DNA of 61,343 nt, the filler included, from Catajapyx aquilonaris (Eukaryota), in assembly GCA_000934665.2 (NCBI GenBank). It is 4 parts of 4 records of this genome, joined end to end, with 100 filler letters (N's around TTAATTAATTAA, not from the genome) between each part and the next. Parts side by side here need not be neighbours in the genome. Positions count along the whole stretch, not along the records: positions 46,091 to 61,343 come from JYFJ02007551.1; 3 more parts are not named here. The stretch is one strand, 5' to 3'. This document shows, piece after piece, positions 59,477 to 61,343 of the stretch. The translations under genes were made by a program, and so were the position numbers. Within the stretch, counting starts at the first letter, position 1. Each line of letters starts with the position of its first letter. The notes below the pieces were generated by a model. That model did not search any database. It was given only the letters and a program-made list of their open reading frames with translations, and was not told the origin of the DNA.

Positions 59477-61343
59477 CTGCAAGGGACAGTCCAGGAATAT
59501 ATTTTAAAAACATTCATTCATTGTTGCCCTTTTATCCTGGCAATAGCAGATCATAACAAAACACCTGTCTGTTTAGAATATTAGAATAATACCGTACTCT
59601 ACTCTGCAATTGTAATAAAATTTTACATGCCTATTCACCATTACATATGAAATGCACAATTGAGGAAAATGTTGCTTATCATGTGCTAAGACCTGCAATG
59701 GTCCTCTTCTACAGAAAGGTACTTTAATTGCATGTCATTTGCTACAGGCCACAGCTTCTGTGCTTTTCCTTGTCTTTATGTAATGCCATATACTGCCAAG
59801 TTATAGCTACTCCTGTTAGTCTCTTGAACCATGTGTTTCATAATTAAGTTTACATTCACAGCAGTGAAAATGTTGCAGATGCTCCTGCATCATGTTGGTA
59901 TTCCTGAGCCAGCCAATTTCAGTTGGTCGGTAGAAATGAATGTGCACTTCCCCCTGCCCACCCCTTACTCTACCCTCTACTCCCTTCCTCCCCCTCAGGA
60001 GACCAACAGGACTTGGGTGTGTACGTGACATTTATGCTGATACAACTGTAAGCTTAATTATGAAACACACTGTATGCACACCCAAATATTCCACAGCCTT
60101 ACCATTGTTGGGTGGAGCTCTATGTGCATCAACAACCTTGATGAAAACCTGTTTAGTTTATTAGTGCTATTATCTTCTGGATCCAATGTGACTTCCCCAA
60201 GTTGACACCAAACGTGACCCCTCTTGAATCTCTCACTTAAGAAGTGTTTTAACAGACGAGATTCAATAATTAATTAATCTGTGCAATAAACTCATGTTAC
60301 ATGAATCTCCAGGTAAAGATGCTTCTGGCAGACAATCTGGATGCTCCCTCATTTCACTCCTTTCAAGGAATAAGGGTTTAATCTGCAGTCCAAAATGCTA
60401 GGGCACTGCAGTAAGTACAATTTATTGCAATATCTTGTAGAAATTTTAGCACCCTTACCAATATCAGCACTTTACCCTTTTATGAACATATTTCATGATA
60501 AGCAGAGGATATGTTATTGTGCAAAGAATCATTATGCGCCTTTATGACCACATTTCCTCAATAAACTAATGTTTAAAGATTACACTCTCAGGTGCGTAAT
60601 ATACTGTAGCACCATATTTAAACTGAGGACTGGGTGAAAAAAATGGTGCCATTTCCCCACTTTGAGACGAAAAAGAAACCTGCCAACAAATAAATTTTTA
60701 TGTTTCCCCACCACTTGACCAAAATTGGTCAAATCAGAAGGCAAAGACGTGGGCAAATTCTGACATGTTTTAAAATAGATAAGAAATATGTGCACCGGCC
60801 ATTAAACTCTCTTTCCACCCACCCTCCCGGTAATTGAACTAGGTCGACTCGAATGGTTCGCAGTTGTTCAGTGCAGGGCAGCAAAGCTCTGCAAGCCACA
60901 CTTCTAAGGTGCTATGCCAGCTATGGTACTGTACCAATCGCCATAACTCACCATAAATACTTCGTCGTCTCCTACATCTGGGCACGGGTAATTTTGCAGA
61001 GGCGAACATTCCGACATTCCTGCAAAAACAGACATCCCCGCTTTAGTACATTATCTGAAACATCCCTGGCCACACCCACATTTTATTCTGGACTCGTCTT
61101 CCTGAACGTCCCCCCTCAATTCCCTTCCCCTCTTTGGCCATTGATAAATTTCTTTTTCCCTAGGATGCTCTGGGGGTTGTTCCTCGAGGGTGGGAGGGAA
61201 AAGGCTGGCTGGCAGGAGCCCAACAGAGAGAAAAGTAAGCGCGCGTGCCCTGCCCGAAAGCTTGGCAGAATGAATCGAGTCTGGTGGGGGTGTAAGGTTG
61301 GTGTTAGGCGGGGGTGGTAGTGAGGAGAGGAGGGGAGGGGGGG

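Overview
Eukaryotic (arthropod, most likely insect) genomic DNA; no prokaryotic operons, CRISPR arrays or rRNA genes were seen. The window is not one locus. It is four ~15.26-kb contigs (1-15267, 15368-30631, 30732-45990, 46091-61343; lengths 15267, 15264, 15259, 15253, i.e. sorted by size) joined by identical artificial 100-nt N44-TTAATTAATTAA-N44 spacers. Contig 1 has no recognisable coding exon. Contig 2 carries a nearly complete HIRA gene (13 coding exons) and the first two coding exons of EMG1/NEP1, both on the minus strand. Contig 3 has one N-terminal exon of cubitus interruptus (ci/Gli) within transposon-rich intronic DNA. Contig 4 has the last two coding exons of Spred and an unusual tightly juxtaposed SMC1-like plus CFAP52/WDR16-like pseudogene relic. 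The rest is at least three tRNA-derived SINE families, many MITE/foldback DNA transposons (Kolobok-like TTAA, hAT, PIF/Harbinger, pogo, Tc1/mariner), Helitrons, an R1-clade LINE fragment and microsatellites. I found no convincing new multi-gene system. The best leads are the SMC1/CFAP52 chimeric relic, a structured RTE-leader-like RNA motif, a CpG-decay contrast between copies of one SINE that suggests mosaic gene-body methylation, and several nested or foldback insertions. Gene and repeat identities rest on motif recognition from memory, not on database searches.
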